A stretch of 48,694 bases of DNA. Source: a bacterium. GTDB lineage: Bacteria; Cyanobacteriota; Vampirovibrionia; Gastranaerophilales; JBAXKC01. Position 1 is the stretch's first letter; each line of letters starts with the position of its first letter. Where the stretch lies: the NCBI GenBank assembly GCA_037137535.1, contig JBAXKC010000022.1, positions 1 to 48,694 of the forward strand, given 5' to 3'. Shown piece by piece: positions 47,460 through 48,694 of the stretch. The translations under genes were made by a program, and so were the position numbers. The notes under the pieces were generated by a model, which saw only the letters and a program-made list of their open reading frames with translations, made no database searches and was not told the origin of the DNA.

Positions 47460-48413
47460 TTAGGCGGTTTGTTGATTTCCTGAAAGTAACTTAACTAATT
47501 GTTGAAGAATGTTAAGGCTTTTTTGATTAAGTTGTGATGATGGTGCTGTTTGTTGCGCATTAGCTCCGTCACTAAATAAATTATAAGGAGTTGATGATAT
47601 TAAATTATCGTTAGATTGTGTGTTTGAAAAAGTAAACGGGCTTTGCCCATTAACATTTTTAGTTGTTTCTAGCCATTGACCTAACTGAGCAACTATATCA
47701 TTAGGATTAGAAGATTGTACCGGTGAATTTTGTGCAGGTTGGTCAAGTCCTAAATCTTTAAGATTGCCGGGAGTTTTACCTTTGGTTGGCATTACTAATG
47801 ATTTATCTCTTGCTTCTAAATTCATGCCTTTTACAAATCCTGCAATTTTATCGTGATATTGTTTTTCAAGCTCATCAGCCTGTTTTTCAAATTGAGCGGC
47901 TTTTTCATTCAGGCCTGCTGCTTTTTCTTTCGGTAATAGCATTGCTAATTCTTTTTCTTTCTGTGCTTGCATTCTCATTCTTTGTGGGAGAACAGCTTTG
48001 TTTGCTTCATCAGGAGTTAATATGCCGTCAGGAGCATTACCTCCTAAAGTATCTGCAAACATAGTATAAGCAGCATTTTCAGCCGCATCAATTTTACCGT
48101 CTCCATTAGCATCAATCATTCTTAATAGGCTTGGATCAATTCCATCTTTTGCATCGATAATTCCGTCGCCATTTTTATCAAGGCCCACCATTGAAGTTCT
48201 TGAATATGCTAAAGCTCCATCAATGCTAACTTTGCCATTTTCTTTAGTTGCATATTGAATAGTAGCATTTTGAAGGTCTTCAGATCTACCTTGCTTGAAT
48301 ATGCTTGCAACAGATTCACCTACATTAGCACCGTCTTGTACTGCTTTATTTTTTCCAATACCGTTTTTACCGTAAAAATTGCCTGCCGTTACTGCGTTAA
48401 TGTTTAAAGCCAT
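47460..48413 (-). CDS. EF-hand-like calcium-binding hypothetical protein
   Basis: DKNGDGIIDAKD, DANGDGKIDAAE, PDGILTPDE loops; coiled coil; Q/S/N-rich tail. Confidence 0.8.
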   Translation of the reverse strand: MALNINAVTAGNFYGKNGIGKNKAVQDGANVGESVASIFKQGRSEDLQNATIQYATKENGKVSIDGALAYSRTSMVGLDKNGDGIIDAKDGIDPSLLRMIDANGDGKIDAAENAAYTMFADTLGGNAPDGILTPDEANKAVLPQRMRMQAQKEKELAMLLPKEKAAGLNEKAAQFEKQADELEKQYHDKIAGFVKGMNLEARDKSLVMPTKGKTPGNLKDLGLDQPAQNSPVQSSNPNDIVAQLGQWLETTKNVNGQSPFTFSNTQSNDNLISSTPYNLFSDGANAQQTAPSSQLNQKSLNILQQLVKLLSGNQQTA

Positions 48414-48478
48414 TTTACTTCCCCCTTTGATTACGCTGAATTCTTCCTCAATATAAACACTTAATAATGTCGCCTAAT

Positions 48479-48510
48479 ATAATAAAAACAAACAGCAATA
48501 TGAAATTGCG
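48479..48510 (-). promoter_or_regulatory. Shared promoter-like motif CGCAATT-N14-GTTTTTATTAT
   Basis: Variant of the motif at 12979-13009 and 16194-16225. Confidence 0.45.
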
Positions 48511-48694
48511 TGGACTAATAGGAGAATATGCTTTAATAACAAACAAATGCATGAATATTAAGGCTGAAGATACTTATTTTATCGTTCTCGCGTTAAGTCT
48601 ATATTATTTATATACTCACTTAAAGAATCTTTACAATAATCAAGGCTCTAGACTAGCGTGATTAACATGCTAGGATAAAATAATGAAGAATAAC

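Noticed and set aside
48467-48661. 64-aa plus-strand ORF at the window end
   Set aside because: No SD or motif, and it overlaps the upstream regulatory region of the divergent EF-hand gene

Overview
AT-rich bacterial chromosomal window, most consistent with a non-photosynthetic Cyanobacteriota lineage (Vampirovibrionia/Melainabacteria). This is an inference from the short cyanobacterial-type S1, coaD next to a Cdv3/DivIVA-like gene, a DUF2227-like gene, and hydG with no photosynthesis genes. Housekeeping content: lysC, metX, rph, metG, tatD, hydG, YhaM-like, yajQ, rimO, dnaJ-like, queE, thiS, hutH, copA, coaD, tRNA-Ser(UGA), ilvD-ilvB-ilvN-ilvC-ilvA, aroF and rpsA, interspersed with orphan genes. 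The most interesting signals are missing from the ORF track or lie in non-coding DNA: (1) a complete Ile/Val/Leu leader-peptide attenuator before ilvD; (2) a consensus sigma28 promoter driving a ~75-nt CU-rich sRNA candidate, with two more sigma28-like promoters elsewhere; (3) a shared GGCAAYT-N13/14-GTTTTTATA promoter-like motif before four orphan genes; (4) a three-copy MITE-like/structured repeat family; (5) a Dph6-like ATP pyrophosphatase fused to an M15 zinc peptidase next to tRNA-Ser; (6) a CTG-initiated XRE regulator upstream of a structured leader and a small Cys-rich gene. No CRISPR array, integrase or transposase was seen.
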